A stretch of 63,708 nucleotides of DNA, filler included, from Octopus bimaculoides (taxonomy: Eukaryota): NCBI RefSeq assembly GCF_001194135.2. It is 5 parts of 5 records of this genome, joined end to end, with 100 filler letters (N's around TTAATTAATTAA, not from the genome) between each part and the next. Parts side by side here need not be neighbours in the genome. Positions count along the whole stretch, not along the records: positions 1 to 31,388 come from NC_068984.1; 4 more parts are not named here. One strand, written 5' to 3'. A program made the translations under genes and the position numbers. Shown in pieces: positions 11,811-24,634 of the stretch. A model generated the notes under the pieces. That model saw only the letters and a program-made list of their open reading frames with translations. It searched no databases and was not told the origin of the DNA. Within the stretch, counting starts at the first letter, position 1; the number at the start of each line of letters is the position of its first letter.

Positions 11811-13852
11811 ACTCATCCGCGATTTAATTTTTCTCGATCTACTCACAACTAACGTAAATTCATTTTTATATAGCATTACAAATAGCTTAATTACACCCAG
11901 CAATACTGACATAATTCACTGTTATGTATATAAATTGTACAGCTACTTTTAGTTAAAATATTAATTAAACCAAATTTTATAAATAAAGATTTTAAAATGG
12001 CGTCTATTCACCTTAACAACACTTTTATTTTTAAGACTTAATAAATACAGTTATTTATTGTTCATATACAAATAACTATTCTTCAGTCATAGTTTAAAGG
12101 GCTATATTTGACGAAACTTCGAAGTCACTAACGTTTTTTAAAAAGACAAATATATAAAGCTCTACTTTACGTATTGAGTTCTTTATTCAGTGAATATTTG
12201 TTCGTTTTTATCTTTGGTTTTATATATAAAAACACATACGTGCGTATTTGTGTGTATGTGAGAGAGATAGAGGGACAGAGAGAGAGAGAGAGTGTGTGTG
12301 TACGTTCATATGTGTGTGTCTGTGAGTGTATATTAATGGATGTGTGTGCGCATATGTGCGTGTATGTATGTGTTTATATATGTATGTGTGTGTGTATGTA
12401 TGTATATATATATATGAACACTCTCACACAGATACGTGTCGTAAGCAAGCAAAGTTATTCAAGGAAAGGTTAGAGAGATACCAGTTGGAAAATATCCAAA
12501 TAACTAAAGAATATGTTAAAGATATTTACATCATATATATATATATACATATATATNNNNNNNNNNNNNNNNNNNNNNNNNNNNNNNNNNNNNNNNNNNN
12601 NNNNNNNNNNNNNNNNNNNNNNNNNNNNNNNNNNNNNNNNNNNNNNNNNNNNNNNNNNNNNNNNNNNNNNNNNNNNNNNNNNNNNNNNNNNNNNNNNNNN
12701 NNNNNNNNNNNNNNNNNNNNNNNNNNNNNNNNNNNNNNNNNNNNNNNNNNNNNNNNNNNNNNNNNNNNNNNNNNNNNNNNNNNNNNNNNNNNNNNNNNNN
12801 NNNNNNNNNNNNNNNNNNNNNNNNNNNNNNNNNNNNNNNNNNNNNNNNNNNNNNNNNNNNNNNNNNNNNNNNNNNNNNNNNNNNNNNNNNNNNNNNNNNN
12901 NNNNNNNNNNNNNNNNNNNNNNNNNNNNNNNNNNNNNNNNNNNNNNNNNNNNNNNNNNNNNNNNNNNNNNNNNNNNNNNNNNNNNNNNNNNNNNNNNNNN
13001 NNNNNNNNNNNNNNNNNNNNNNNNNNNNNNNNNNNNNNNNNNNNNNNNNNNNNNNNNNNNNNNNNNNNNNNNNNNNNNNNNNNNNNNNNNNNNNNNNNNN
13101 NNNNNNNNNNNNNNNNNNNNNNNNNNNNNNNNNNNNNNNNNNNNNNNNNNNNNNNNNNNNNNNNNNNNNNNNNNNNNNNTATATATATATATCGAACATC
13201 ACCCCTTTGGATTTACGTCTTTACTCTTGCTGTTTATGCTAGTGGTGGTGGTGGTGGTGGCGGCGGCGGTGGTGGTGACGGCGGCGGTGGCGGTGGTTAT
13301 TATATAACCACAGGTCACGCTAACTCGAGTAAACCTATGATCACAAAGATCCTAGCGTTGACCAATGCGTCTTTCTTGTTTTACAAACGTAGTGTATCCA
13401 GGACTACATCTTCTAATTTGCGTTTTTCCCTTTTTTAATATGATGATAGACTACGGTTTGAAAAAAAATTTTCGTTGCTGTTGCTTCAAGATCTAATGTT
13501 CACGTAGAAGCTTCATCTATAGCTCACCATTGCTCATGTTTTCCCTACACTGGTCCCATTGCGTCAGGTAGGTATCAAGTCCATGAGCAAAACAAGTTCT
13601 GTCAGACAAAGCCAATAAGAAAAAAGTGAAGATGGTGATTGGTTATTGTTTCTGTTGTTGTTGTTTTTGTTGTTTAGCCCAGAGTCAACCCTGACCCTAG
13701 CAGACTAATGATCAAAGGCACTTCAGTTCGTTCCAGTTCCATTCTGTCTTCTTTTTTCTTAAAGATATCTAAATTAATTGACATAATTCTACGAAATAAA
13801 AATTATTATTATTATTATTTTAATATTATTATTATTATTATTATTATTATTT

Positions 13853-14360
13853 AGGCGGCGAGCTTGCAAAATCGTTATCACGCCGGACGAAATGCTTAGC
13901 GGTATTTCATCTGTCTTCGTGTTCTGAGTTTAAATGCGAGCCGAGGTCGAGTTTGCCTTTCAAGGGGGAGGGGTCGATAAAATTAACACCAGTTACGCAT
14001 TGGGGTCGATGTAATCGACTTAATCCTTTCCCCCAAATTTGAGGCCTTGTGCTTCCAAAAGAGAGGATAATAATAATAACAATAATAATAATAATAATAA
14101 TTATTATTATTATTATTATTATCATTATTATTATTATTATTATAAAGGTGGCGAGCTGGCACAACCGTTAGCACGCTGAACAAAATGCCTCGTGGCATTT
14201 TGTCCGTCTTGGCATTACCAACTCAAAATCCGCCAAGGCCGTCTATGTCTTTTATCCTTTCGGGGTCGATAAAATAAGTACCATTCAAGTACTGGAGTCG
14301 ATGTCATCGACTTCCCCCTCCCCTCAAAAACCTATGGTCTTGTGCCAAAATTTGAAACCA
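13853..14360 (+). mobile_element. Two tandem SINE family B copies separated by (TAA)/(TAT)n
   Basis: GGCGGCGAGCTTGCAAAATCGTTA at 13853 and GGTGGCGAGCTGGCACAACCGTTAGCAC at about 14146. Confidence 0.85.
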
Positions 14361-14363
14361 ATG

Positions 14364-14449
<86 letters not shown>

Positions 14450-14640
14450 AGGGCGCGTGGCTTAGTATTTAAGGTGTTGCACTCACGATCTAGCGATCGT
14501 GATTTCAATTCCTTAGACCAGGTAGTGCATTATATTCTTGAGCAAAACATTTCATCTCACGTTGCTGTGCAATCATTTCGACACCTGACACGTGGCACAC
14601 TGTGCACTTATTCAGACAACGTCAATATGATGGAAAGATT
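14450..14640 (+). mobile_element. SINE family D-related (tRNA head plus CTTGAGCAA core)
   Basis: GGCGCGTGGCTTAGT head. TTCTTGAGCAAAACATTTCATCTCACGTTGCT core is related to 17975-18010 (minus). Confidence 0.6.
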
Positions 14641-15677
14641 GAGTTTAATGTGCAGGTCGTTCGACAAAAGCTGAGCGTCCATACGTCGCCTTCAGCGGGA
14701 GAGTTCGTTATATATATATATATATATATATGAGGAAAGAAACAAAAGAGAGAGTGTTGTATCTATCAATTACACTGGACAATTGCAATTGTCTTATCGA
14801 ATATCAGTTATAATTTGGTGTAGTAGCCAAGTTGAACTCTGTGTCAATGATAATATTTAATTGCATGGATCTCTAGCAAACGTATTTGTCAACTGTTTCC
14901 ATCTTGTAATGAGGAGACAGATATGTTATTCATATCTGGACTAACAACTTTCAACTGCTATTTTAGAATTCTCTCCCACAACGTCTTTTTTCTTCTCATT
15001 TTACTTCACACATCTTTTCGACTACGTGCCTTACATTCCCACCTGGTAGTACATTTAACCTACTAAAGACCATATAAATAAAAGTTCGCTGTAAATAAAA
15101 CATATTGAAATATATTTGTGGCTTGCTAGAAAACAAATTCCTTCTATGGAGATCAGTTGTTAACAACCAATCAACATACCTTCCATCTGTCTTTTTTCTC
15201 CTTACTCTCTAAACTATCACCCCACACGCCGATATTTTCTCTATAATTACTGCTACCAGATTCCTATTTAAAATACGTTTATTCTAAAAAGTATGTATGA
15301 ATGCATGGACATATGTACATGTGGTTGTGTTAATTTGTATATCGAGGTATGGTTATATGTTTAAAATATTATTCCTGCTGTGGAGTTAAACTTGAGAAAC
15401 AGACCACAGCTTCTCAGCAGTCAGACTCTATGTGTATTTTAAACATATAAATATATTTCGGTATACCAAATTTTATAATGTTCGTGCTGCGATAGCATAC
15501 TTTTCTGGCAGCTGGACACTGCGTGGTGGCAGATTCACGCTTGTGTCTAAATTAGCTGCTGCTCAACTGTTGCGAGATTTCTGTTCGTATTCCTTCAGCA
15601 ATTGGAGGCGTGTTAAGAGATATTTCTTCTCATGTCTACATTTTAGACACATCATGCTTTCTATACATCATTTGATA

Positions 15678-16452
15678 TTCCCATCCATCCTTCTTCTCCG
15701 CCCACTATTTCTTGGAGGATGGTGGGGAAAATGTCCTCAGGCATCTCCGCCATAGTATCCTATGAGAAGCAATCGTATTAAATTTTCCGGCTTGATTTCC
15801 AAACATGACCAACTGAGACTGGATATTATCAGCTATCTGTCTATCCCCTATGTTCTCAGTCAACCTCGAGGTCTTCTGCCGGTTGGTTCGACTTGAGGAA
15901 TACGCTATATTTTAATCACATATACTGTTTACAGCTATATTTTAATCACATTTCCGGTTGATATTTGCAGACAACATGGTACTACTTGACTCATCAGAGA
16001 GATAATTTCCAACATGCACTGAATGTGTTCTTCGCTGCCGATTGCTACAAGGAAGGGATGAGAATTAGTCTTGCGAAGACTGAGATATTAGTCCTCTCAT
16101 GAAAATCTTTCCGGTTAGTGGAACATCATGGAAACATGTGGAGAAATTTAAGAATCTTCGGGCCATATCCACGAGTGATGGGAAACAGGAGGCAGATCGA
16201 TGTTAGATTTGCAGATGCTGGCACAGTAATCCACCAGTTCCAGTAATGCGCCAGTTCCAGCATTCAATCCTCAGAAGAGGAGAGGTTGGTCAAAAATCTA
16301 AACCTAAAGAGTACGTTCGCGAATACAAGTGGCCGAAAAGGGATTTCTCTGAAGGATCGCTGGAGTAACGTTACTCGACAAGGTACATTGCTCGGAGATC
16401 AGGGTGTTTTTCCAGAACCAGCCAGTACTTCTCCGCATTGAAAAATCACTGC
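15678..16452 (-). mobile_element. 5'-truncated, 5'-inverted RTE-clade (Rex3/Expander-like) LINE with 10-bp TSD TCATTTGATA
   Basis: Plus 15955-16450 encodes RLIFADNMVLL..GMRISLAKTEILVL..VEKFK..TLLDKV..LLRIEKS. Minus 15900-15678 encodes TGRRPRG and ends in a GGATGGATGG tail. TCATTTGATA at 15668-15677 and 16453-16462. Confidence 0.85.
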
Positions 16453-17344
16453 TCATTTGATAGTTCAATCAGAATGTTTAATTTCAATATTTAAGTTCAA
16501 TTTAAGTTCAATCAAAATGTTTAATTTCAAACTAAGGAAAATATTTTAGATTATTGGTGTGAGCTGTTGAGTCTCAACAATAGACCAAGTTATGAAGATA
16601 TTATCGTGTCAATCCTCCTTTAACGATGTCCTGCGATAGAAAGTGGGGATTAATTTTATCTCTGGATCTGAAGGAGTTAATAAGCAGCAAGTTACTGCTA
16701 TTCCCCTATCCAGCCTACAAACAAATTGGGAGTCTATGAATAGCGAGGAAGCTGTTTTGGACTTCACAATCTACTCATGAATAAGTCGCTACAACTTCTA
16801 GGCCTCATAATCTGTGATGATCTCTCATGTTAGTCTTCACCNNNNNNNNNNNNNNNNNNNNNNNNNNNNNNNNNNNNNNNNNNNNNNNNNNNNNNNNNNN
16901 NNNNNNNNNNNNNNNNNNNNNNNNNNNNNNNNNNNNNNNNNNNNNNNNNNNNNNNNNNNNNNNNNNNNNNNNNNNNNNNNNNNNNNNNNNNNNNNNNNNN
17001 NNNNNNNNNNNNNNNNNNNNNNNNNNNNNNNNNNNNNNNNNNNNNNNNNNNNNNNNNNNNNNNNNNNNNNNNNNNNNNNNNNNNNNNNNNNNNNNNNNNN
17101 NNNNNNNNNNNNNNNNNNNNNNNNNNNNNNNNNNNNNNNNNNNNNNNNNNNNNNNNNNNNNNNNNNNNNNNNNNNNNNNNNNNNNNNNNNNNNNNNNNNN
17201 NNNNNNNNNNNNNNNNNNNNNNNNNNNNNNNNNNNNNNNNNNNNNNNNNNNNNNNNNNNNNNNNNNNNNNNNNNNNNNNNNNNNNNNNNNNNNNNNNNNN
17301 NNNNNNNNNNNNNNNNNNNNNNNNNNNNNNNNNNNATATATATA

Positions 17345-17588
17345 CAGGGTGGGCCAAAAGTAGGTAAACACTTTTAAAATTAACTTATTTGTTTTTACAG
17401 GTACCGTGAATAATGTGCTGTGTGTTACAGTGTTCTGGGACGTTTGAGGAATGTTCCCATGTTGAAGGAGGACATTTCGACCATTTACGAGATTAATCTG
17501 TGTTTCATAAATGTAATTTTAATAAATGAGTGTAAAAGTAATAAAATGAAAGAATTTCTAAGTGTGTAGCTACTTTTGGCTCACCCTG
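17345..17588. mobile_element. Tc1/mariner-derived MITE (244 bp)
   Basis: TIR CAGGGTG(G/A)GCCAAAAGTAG and TA flanks. An internal VEGGHFDHL resembles an ITm transposase C-terminus. Confidence 0.85.
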
Positions 17589-17677
17589 TATATATATATA
17601 TATTCAATTTTTTTCATTTTATCTAGTTTCAACTCATGAGCTGTGGCCATGCTGGGGCACCGCCATTTAAGGATGGA

Positions 17678-17782
17678 AAGACGTTTACAGTACCTAGGTT
17701 TCCCAAGCAGTCACCCATCTACGTACTAACTAGGCTCGACGTTGCTTAACTTCGGCGATCGGACGAGAACCGGTGTTTTCAA
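17678..17782 (-). pseudogene. 5S rRNA pseudogene lacking roughly the first 18 nt
   Basis: Minus strand TTGAAAACACCGGTTCTCGTCCGATCGCCGAAGTTAAGCAACGTCGAGCCTAGTTAGTACGTAGATGGGTGACTGCTTGGGAAACCTAGGTACTGTA matches metazoan 5S, with box A and box C recognisable. Apparent CG->TA decay and no long oligo-T terminator. Confidence 0.9.
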
Positions 17783-18045
17783 GGACATGAATGACCATGG
17801 GTAAGTTCCCCTCAACAAGGCCGGGCAAGGTTGTTTATAGAAGACCAGCAATTGCCCATACATACCAGCCTCCTCTTTCCACGACACTGATGTTACCCAA
17901 GGGAAAGGCAAAGGCCGGTAAGAGCTTGGCACCAGTGACATCGCAACTCATTTCTACAGCTGAGTGAAGAGGAGCAACGTAAAATAAAAGTATCTTGCTC
18001 AAGAACACAACGCACAGCCCGGTCCGGGAATCGAACTTACTACCT
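17783..18045 (-). mobile_element. SINE family D body abutting the 5S pseudogene
   Basis: Minus: AAGTTCGATTCCCGGACCGGGCTGTGCGTTGTGTTCTTGAGCAAGATAC (B box plus core), running directly into the 5S sequence. Confidence 0.75.
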
Positions 18046-18623
18046 ATAGACAGACAGAGAGACAGACAGAAGATAAGCAGACAAAACAGCAAACACTCTA
18101 AAAGAAAACAAGTTAAGTTCATTCCGGAACACTGATGAAATGTGATAATTACGTGCGACTCCAACTCACATCCCCTCATTGAGGCATCTGTGTAGCGACC
18201 TCTAATCTATTTATAGTTGACACAGTACACCAGTCTTATGCACATCTTCTTCATCAGCACATATTCGAATTTTGAAACTGTAGTATAATTATTATAATTA
18301 TATCGATACGTTAAAAAGAACACCTGATATCGATCTTGCCTACTGCACAAATATTTCTCTCTTTCATTTTGTCATATATCTCGCTTTGTGTGAAAAAGAA
18401 ATATATTTCAAAACATAAAATGTTAATGAGGAAATATGAAGTTTTATTATACACACACACACACAAGAATGAATTTGAACACAGACTTTTTTTTTCAGCA
18501 ACTTGTTTGAAAAAAACACGTTGCCTATAAATACATCTATAAATACATCTGTCGCCATACGCACACGCACATACCTACACACAGATATACCTGCATATAT
18601 ATATATATACCTACATATGTGGA

Positions 18624-18961
18624 GGCGCAATGGCCCAGTGGTTACGGCAGCAGACTCGTGGTCGTAGGATCGCGGTTTCGATTCCCAGACCGGGCGTTGT
18701 GAGTGTTTATTGAGCGAAAACACCTAAAGCTCCACGAGGCTCCGGCAGGGGATGGTGGCGAACCCTGCTGTACTCTTTCACCACAACTTTCTCTCACTCT
18801 TACTTCCTCTCTCTGTTGTACCTGTAATTCGAAGGCCAGCCTTGTCACACTCTGTGTCACGCTGAATATCCCCGAGAACTACGTTAAGGGTACTCGTGTC
18901 TGTGGAGTGCTCAGCCACTTGCACGTTAATTTCACGAGCAGTCTGTTTCGTTGGGAGTGCC
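18624..18961 (+). mobile_element. SINE family C with a deletion near the 3' end
   Basis: Near-identical to 11425, but lacks the ATCGGATCAA..GTCGTAAGCGAC segment before GGAGTGCC. Confidence 0.9.
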
Positions 18962-20072
18962 ACATATACCTATATATATATATATAGAAATAGATATATA
19001 GATAAAATGTACAGATATATGTTTCATCTATCAAATCCACTCGACTATACATGCACAATACAGCATGAAGTACAAATATTATTAATATTAAAATAAACAT
19101 CTATGTACTTATGTCATCGTTTCTATGCGCACTTTTCCGTGCGGGCAGGGATTGAACGGGACTTTCTTTACGGCCTGAGACCAACCATGTTAATGACCTC
19201 TTACAACCGGCGGGAATATAGTGCTGACTATTATAAAAGCTGGCGGTGGGGGTCCCTAAGTTTTACTAAATTACATTTACAGAGCATTGTTCGCCTTGTA
19301 ACTGTAGCAGAAGACACGTACCAAGCGGTTGTGAACTGAATTCCTAAACGACAAAGCCATGTATGCTAGGATTAAAATTTTAAAAAAAGGGAAAATATTT
19401 GTGTCTTGTTTCAGATCCTACAGTTCCGTCCATTATTCAGTAACCTCTATCAAATAATTCTTTCTAATTTTAGCTGACGGCCAGAACTTTTTAAGGGAGA
19501 GTGCAAATCGATTACATCGATCACAGTAAGGATGAAATGCAAAGTCGGCCTTGACGGGATTTGAACTCAGAACTGAAGAAATACCGCAGAGCATTTTTTT
19601 TTCCGACGCTCAAACAATCCTGTCAGTTTGCCGTTTTGCTTTGATAATAAAAATGGGGTAAGAGTCATGAAAGTATATAGAGAGCTCGTGCTGTGTTTTG
19701 ATCCCTGGACATGGAAGAGTTCCAATAGGTTAATAAATAACAAGACCATGAAACCTTCAGTTCTGACCTAACGATTCGGTGAAGGCTGTAAGACACGAGA
19801 GTTATTTTCTAACGGAAAGATAAAGCTGAAATAAAGAAACTAATCTTATTTTCAGTGTTTTTCCTGTTTATTGCATATCGTGGTCATATTTCAACGCATA
19901 AAGATGTGTAATGCCAATGTATATGCTGTAAGCACGTAGCTTTTAATCATGCCAGAAACTGCAGCAATAACAAAAAAATGTCTATAAAATATATTTTCGT
20001 TGGAAAACATTAAAGGTAAAATAACATTAAACAAGATGAATGGAAACTGTAACGATATATATACACGCACGT

Positions 20073-20106
<34 letters not shown>

Positions 20107-21137
20107 GCACACACAAACACACAGGCACACATGCATTTAGAAGTTAGAGGAATGAAGAAATAGTGAGAAAAAAACGGAGTGAATATGTTAGTCTTCACGA
20201 CGCAGATTCCTTTTCCTTTTCTTTTACTCGGTGCCTTCTCTTAATTAGACCGACATAGTCTATCGTTGAGATTCAATGCAGGAGGAACACAATTATAAAC
20301 ACGCACACTGGAACATTCTGTAAGCAAGCAACACTTACTTGCATAAGAAGAACGAAAGAGAAAGAGAGAGGTGAAAGAAAAAGAAGAGAAGAAAGAACAA
20401 AAACAATGTTACATTTACACTAAGTGTACTGTTATATATTAGTCGCCCTTCAAATATACTCAAGGGTGACTTTCGTTGTTTGTATTTTATTGTTGTTGTT
20501 GTTATTGTGTTTTTTTTCTTCTATGTTTTCACCTTATTTTTGTCGAGGTTTATCTACGAAAACAGTCATTCAATATTACATTTGTATCATACCATTCCAT
20601 TCTTTCATAATTATTTTACCAGATTGATAGGTGATTAGATTAGGAAAATTCAACGGAGACATTTTCTTATGTGGGCAACGGTTTCGATGCAGATTTAATA
20701 GCAAGGGAAGTTCTTGTTTGAAGGATTCAAAACAAGAACCTTGGCAGTTGCGCCATTTCATAAATTCTGATATAAAGGAAAGCCTTCTTTCTTTTTCCTA
20801 TAAAGTGATACATAAATATTTGAACGTTTTTTGTATACATACATAAACACTCGCACACGCATATATGTATGTATGTATGTATGAATGTATGCACGTATGT
20901 ATGTATGTGTTTGTGTGTGTGTATTTGCATATGTGGGCAACGGAAGCAGTATTAGGTTATAATAGTCATCTGAGTATCATACTTAATGTAGATACATCAA
21001 AGCAGAACTGTGCATCTAACATAGCGTGGCTACTGGACAAGTTTAGGTTGCTACTAAAACATGTTTTTCAATTCAAAACATTACATCCATAACATATATT
21101 ACCTCCGGATGAATACCGCAGAAAATCTTGCTTTTCA

Positions 21138-21174
<37 letters not shown>

Positions 21175-21537
21175 CTAACATTTATTTCTTTTATAAAATC
21201 CGAAATGTGTATATAGATACAAATAAGATGATAATTTATTTTCGAACGCATTCGAAAATAAGTTATCTCACACACACACACACACACGCACACATGGTGT
21301 TCGTAAATTATCCGTACGACTTCCACTAATTATCGTGCCTATTAAAGTTGAGATCCACGTGGGAGTGTTCTGATATTTCTAATAAAATTTTATTTGTTTG
21401 CCCCATGTTTTCCAATAAACTCTGCTGAGTTATCCATTTCTCAATTTTTTTTCTTATTCTGAATGTGTATGTGTGCATATATGTGTGTGTGCGCGCGCGC
21501 GTATACTACATATATATATATATATATATACACATAT

Positions 21538-21570
<33 letters not shown>

Positions 21571-21577
21571 ATAATAG

Positions 21578-21946
21578 GAGCACTCCGTCGGTTACGACGA
21601 TGAGGGTCCCAGCTGATACGGTCAATGGAATAGTCTGCTCGTGAAATTAACGTGCAAGTGACTGAGTAATCCACAGACACGTGTACCCCTAACGTAGTTC
21701 TCAGGAAGACACATAGCGTGACAAGGCCGGCTCTTTGAAATACCGGTACAACAGAAACAGAAAGTAAGAGTGAGAGAAAGTTGTGGTGAAAGAGTACAGC
21801 AGGGTTCGCCACCATCCCCTGCCGGAGCCTCGTGGAGCTTTAGGTGTTTTCGCTCAATAAACACTCACAACGCCCAGTCTGGGAATTGAAACTGCGATCC
21901 TATGACCGCGAGTTCGCTGCCCTAACCACTGAGCCATTGCACCTCC
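21578..21946 (-). mobile_element. SINE family C, full length
   Basis: Reverse complement of the 11425/18624 unit. Confidence 0.9.
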
Positions 21947-22507
21947 ACGCATATTTGTATGCGATATAATATCAAATGATAAAAAAAAAAAGTAACATGC
22001 ATTTCATTCAGTTACTTCCCTTCAAAAGTTTGCTGCAAATACGTAACTCCAAAAGCGATTATTCATCATCTGTGGTTTTTTTCCACAAGTAGTCTCTAAT
22101 ACATTTGATAGACAGTAAATCATTTGACAGACACTAGATGTCAATATATTATATATATTGCACTGCCTCCATATTTCAAATTACATTACATAATGGTAAA
22201 AATTGCCAAGCTATTGGATTACATCCAGCAGTCTTCTTAGATTGAGTTCCACTGATATCTCAGACTCACAACTTGTGCATTCACATCTAGGGTGGTGAAA
22301 TAATTATATGTATGTGTGTGAAGATTAGTGTTTCAATTGGAAATGATCCCAGAAAGTATACTGCATCACGCAACACGCTGTTTTATCTTCAGTTATCCGC
22401 TGTAACTTTGTGTATGATAGGCGTAGACTGGTGATGACGATGATCAGTTGCTGCAGTTCAGCAGGTTTATAATGAAAGGCATGTCAATCGGGAACATATC
22501 GTCTTGG

Positions 22508-22604
22508 AGTGGCTGTGTGGTAAGTAGCTTGCTTAACAACCACATGGTTCTGACCAAAGCCTTGTGAGTGGATTTGGTAAACGGAAACTGAAAGAAGCCC
22601 GTCG

Positions 22605-22670
<66 letters not shown>
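22508..22670 (+). mobile_element. SINE family A with internal deletion
   Basis: GTGGCTGTGTGGTAAG head joined to GACCAAAGCCTTGTGAGTGG core. Confidence 0.8.
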
Positions 22671-22671
<1 letters not shown>

Positions 22672-23099
22672 NNNNNNNNNNNNNNNNNNNNNNNNNNNNN
22701 NNNNNNNNNNNNNNNNNNNNNNNNNNNNNNNNNNNNNNNNNNNNNNNNNNNNNNNNNNNNNNNNNNNNNNNNNNNNNNNNNNNNNNNNNNNNNNNNNNNN
22801 NNNNNNNNNNNNNNNNNNNNNNNNNNNNNNNNNNNNNNNNNNNNNNNNNNNNNNNNNNNNNNNNNNNNNNNNNNNNNNNNNNNNNNNNNNNNNNNNNNNN
22901 NNNNNNNNNNNNNNNNNNNNNNNNNNNNNNNNNNNNNNNNNNNNNNNNNNNNNNNNNNNNNNNNNNNNNNNNNNATATATATATGCCAGAAGTAAATAGA
23001 CACTCCAAAAACCATCGTTTTATATTTATTTTAACTTGAAAAGATTTATATTTTTCTATTAATCGACATTTCTATATTACAGGTTCCATATGTGACTGT

Positions 23100-23215
23100 T
23101 TAATCATGCTACGTACAAAAGAAACCTTGGAACTGTCCGAATTTCAAAGAGGCCATATTGTGGAGCAATCTGAAGGTAGACGTAGCGTAAAATTACAGAA
23201 AACCTTATCTCACTT
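23100..23215 (+). mobile_element. Possible Tc1 transposase N-terminal fragment
   Basis: Reads ELSEFQRGHIVEQSEG, similar to the start of Tc1 DNA-binding domains. Confidence 0.4.
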
Positions 23216-23409
23216 TCTACAGTTAATAGAGTGATTCTAGAATTCACTATAAGTTTTTTATTAATTTGCGTACCCGTTCTTTTCTTTCTTTGTAGTTCCT
23301 TGCGCTACGATGGACTGAGGCCTTGCTTGGGACAAAGTCATATATAAAAAAAAATTATGTCTACACTGTCCAGTATATCTTTCTTTTCTTAATATGCGAT
23401 CGTGTCTCG

Positions 23410-23636
23410 AAGGCGTCGAGTTGGCAGAATCGTTAGCACGCCGGGCAAAATGCTTAGCACATTTCGTTCGTTTTTACGTTCTAAGTTCAAATGTCGCCGA
23501 GGTCGACTTCGCCATTCATCCTTTCGGAGTCGATGAAATAAGTATCAGTTGATCACTGGGTGGTGGTGGGGAGTCGATGTCATCGACTTACCCCTCCCGA
23601 AAACATTGCTAGTCTTGTGCCAAAATTTGAAACTAA
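23410..23636 (+). mobile_element. SINE family B
   Basis: GGCGTCGAGTTGGCAGAATCGTTAGCACGCCGGGC through GTGCCAAAATTTGAAAC. Confidence 0.85.
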
Positions 23637-24278
23637 TATGGGAGCGTGTCTTAGAAAGGAATTCGGTTGGTATTTTTAGCAGGCTGAACGACTGTGTAGA
23701 GGCCTTTTCCGCTGACTAATAACAAGACATATCTTTAAAATACTCATCATCCATCAACATTCTAACCTTACCACATTGCTGCAGTAACTGCTCCGTTCTA
23801 TACATGTAAATTCTTATCATCATGTTCATGTCTGATGACATTTTCAATTAGATTCGAGTATAAATAAAAGTTTACACATTCTTGTTAATATATAGAAGTA
23901 TCTACGCTGTTATACGCCCGCTCGTGCATGTGCATGTGAGTATATATGTACTTGTGTGCTTGTATGAATACATACGTTCACAAACATACACATATAGTAT
24001 AAAATATGGGTACAGAGAATCGTGTGACTATCACAGAAAACTTCTCTTACGAAGTTGGATCGTTAGTGTAACCATGATGTTCTGGTGATCTCATGAGCTA
24101 GTCTTCTTTATTTGCATAGATTTGTGCAATACTGAGCGTTCATACTGATGCAAACATGTAAGCATAATTTCTTTCACTCTGAAATTATTGCTACCGGAAG
24201 AAGGATGCGAAACATGAAGAAGGATGTGGTTAAAGTGGTTAAATATATAGTCAACTCTCATACCTCTTGACTTTTCAT

Positions 24279-24310
<32 letters not shown>

Positions 24311-24634
24311 ACAACTCGACGAGCGATTTCCAAATATCACTTTAACTTCATGTTCAAGGCTCTGATGAAGCTATAGGATATTATCCTGGTACTCAACTAC
24401 GAATTCAGTACATCTTACAGCAGAAACAGCTGTAAGCTAATACAGTTCATTACTTAAACTTTTGTTTTGTTTTTTTTTCCAGTGTCATCTCTTTGTTTTC
24501 TATTAACACTCTATACTCACATAACATTGTGTTCTGGACCATACGTTTATTGAATTCTACACCAGGTTATTAGTTTCACTATACGTAAGCAATATATTAA
24601 TATACATATATGTGTGTATGTGTATGTATGTATA

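Noticed and set aside
1234-12140. Dispersed CGAAACTTCGAAG motif (1234, 12113; similar on minus near 32810)
   Set aside because: Too short to define; probably remnants of a common repeat.
13240-13300. Poly-Gly / poly-Val-Ala stretch
   Set aside because: (GGT/GGC)n microsatellite without supporting splice context.
17380-17408. Plus-strand TTTTTACAG|GTACCG AG-GT junction
   Set aside because: Inside a MITE, weak donor, opposite strand to the stronger candidate.
17678-17782. Functional 5S rRNA gene
   Set aside because: 5' end missing, many substitutions, single copy and no strong terminator.
19396-19446. Plus micro-exon DPTVPSII after GTCTTGTTTCAG
   Set aside because: Poor donor (GTAACC) and no supporting exons; acceptor-like motifs are common in T-rich DNA (also 24482, 19856, 47231).
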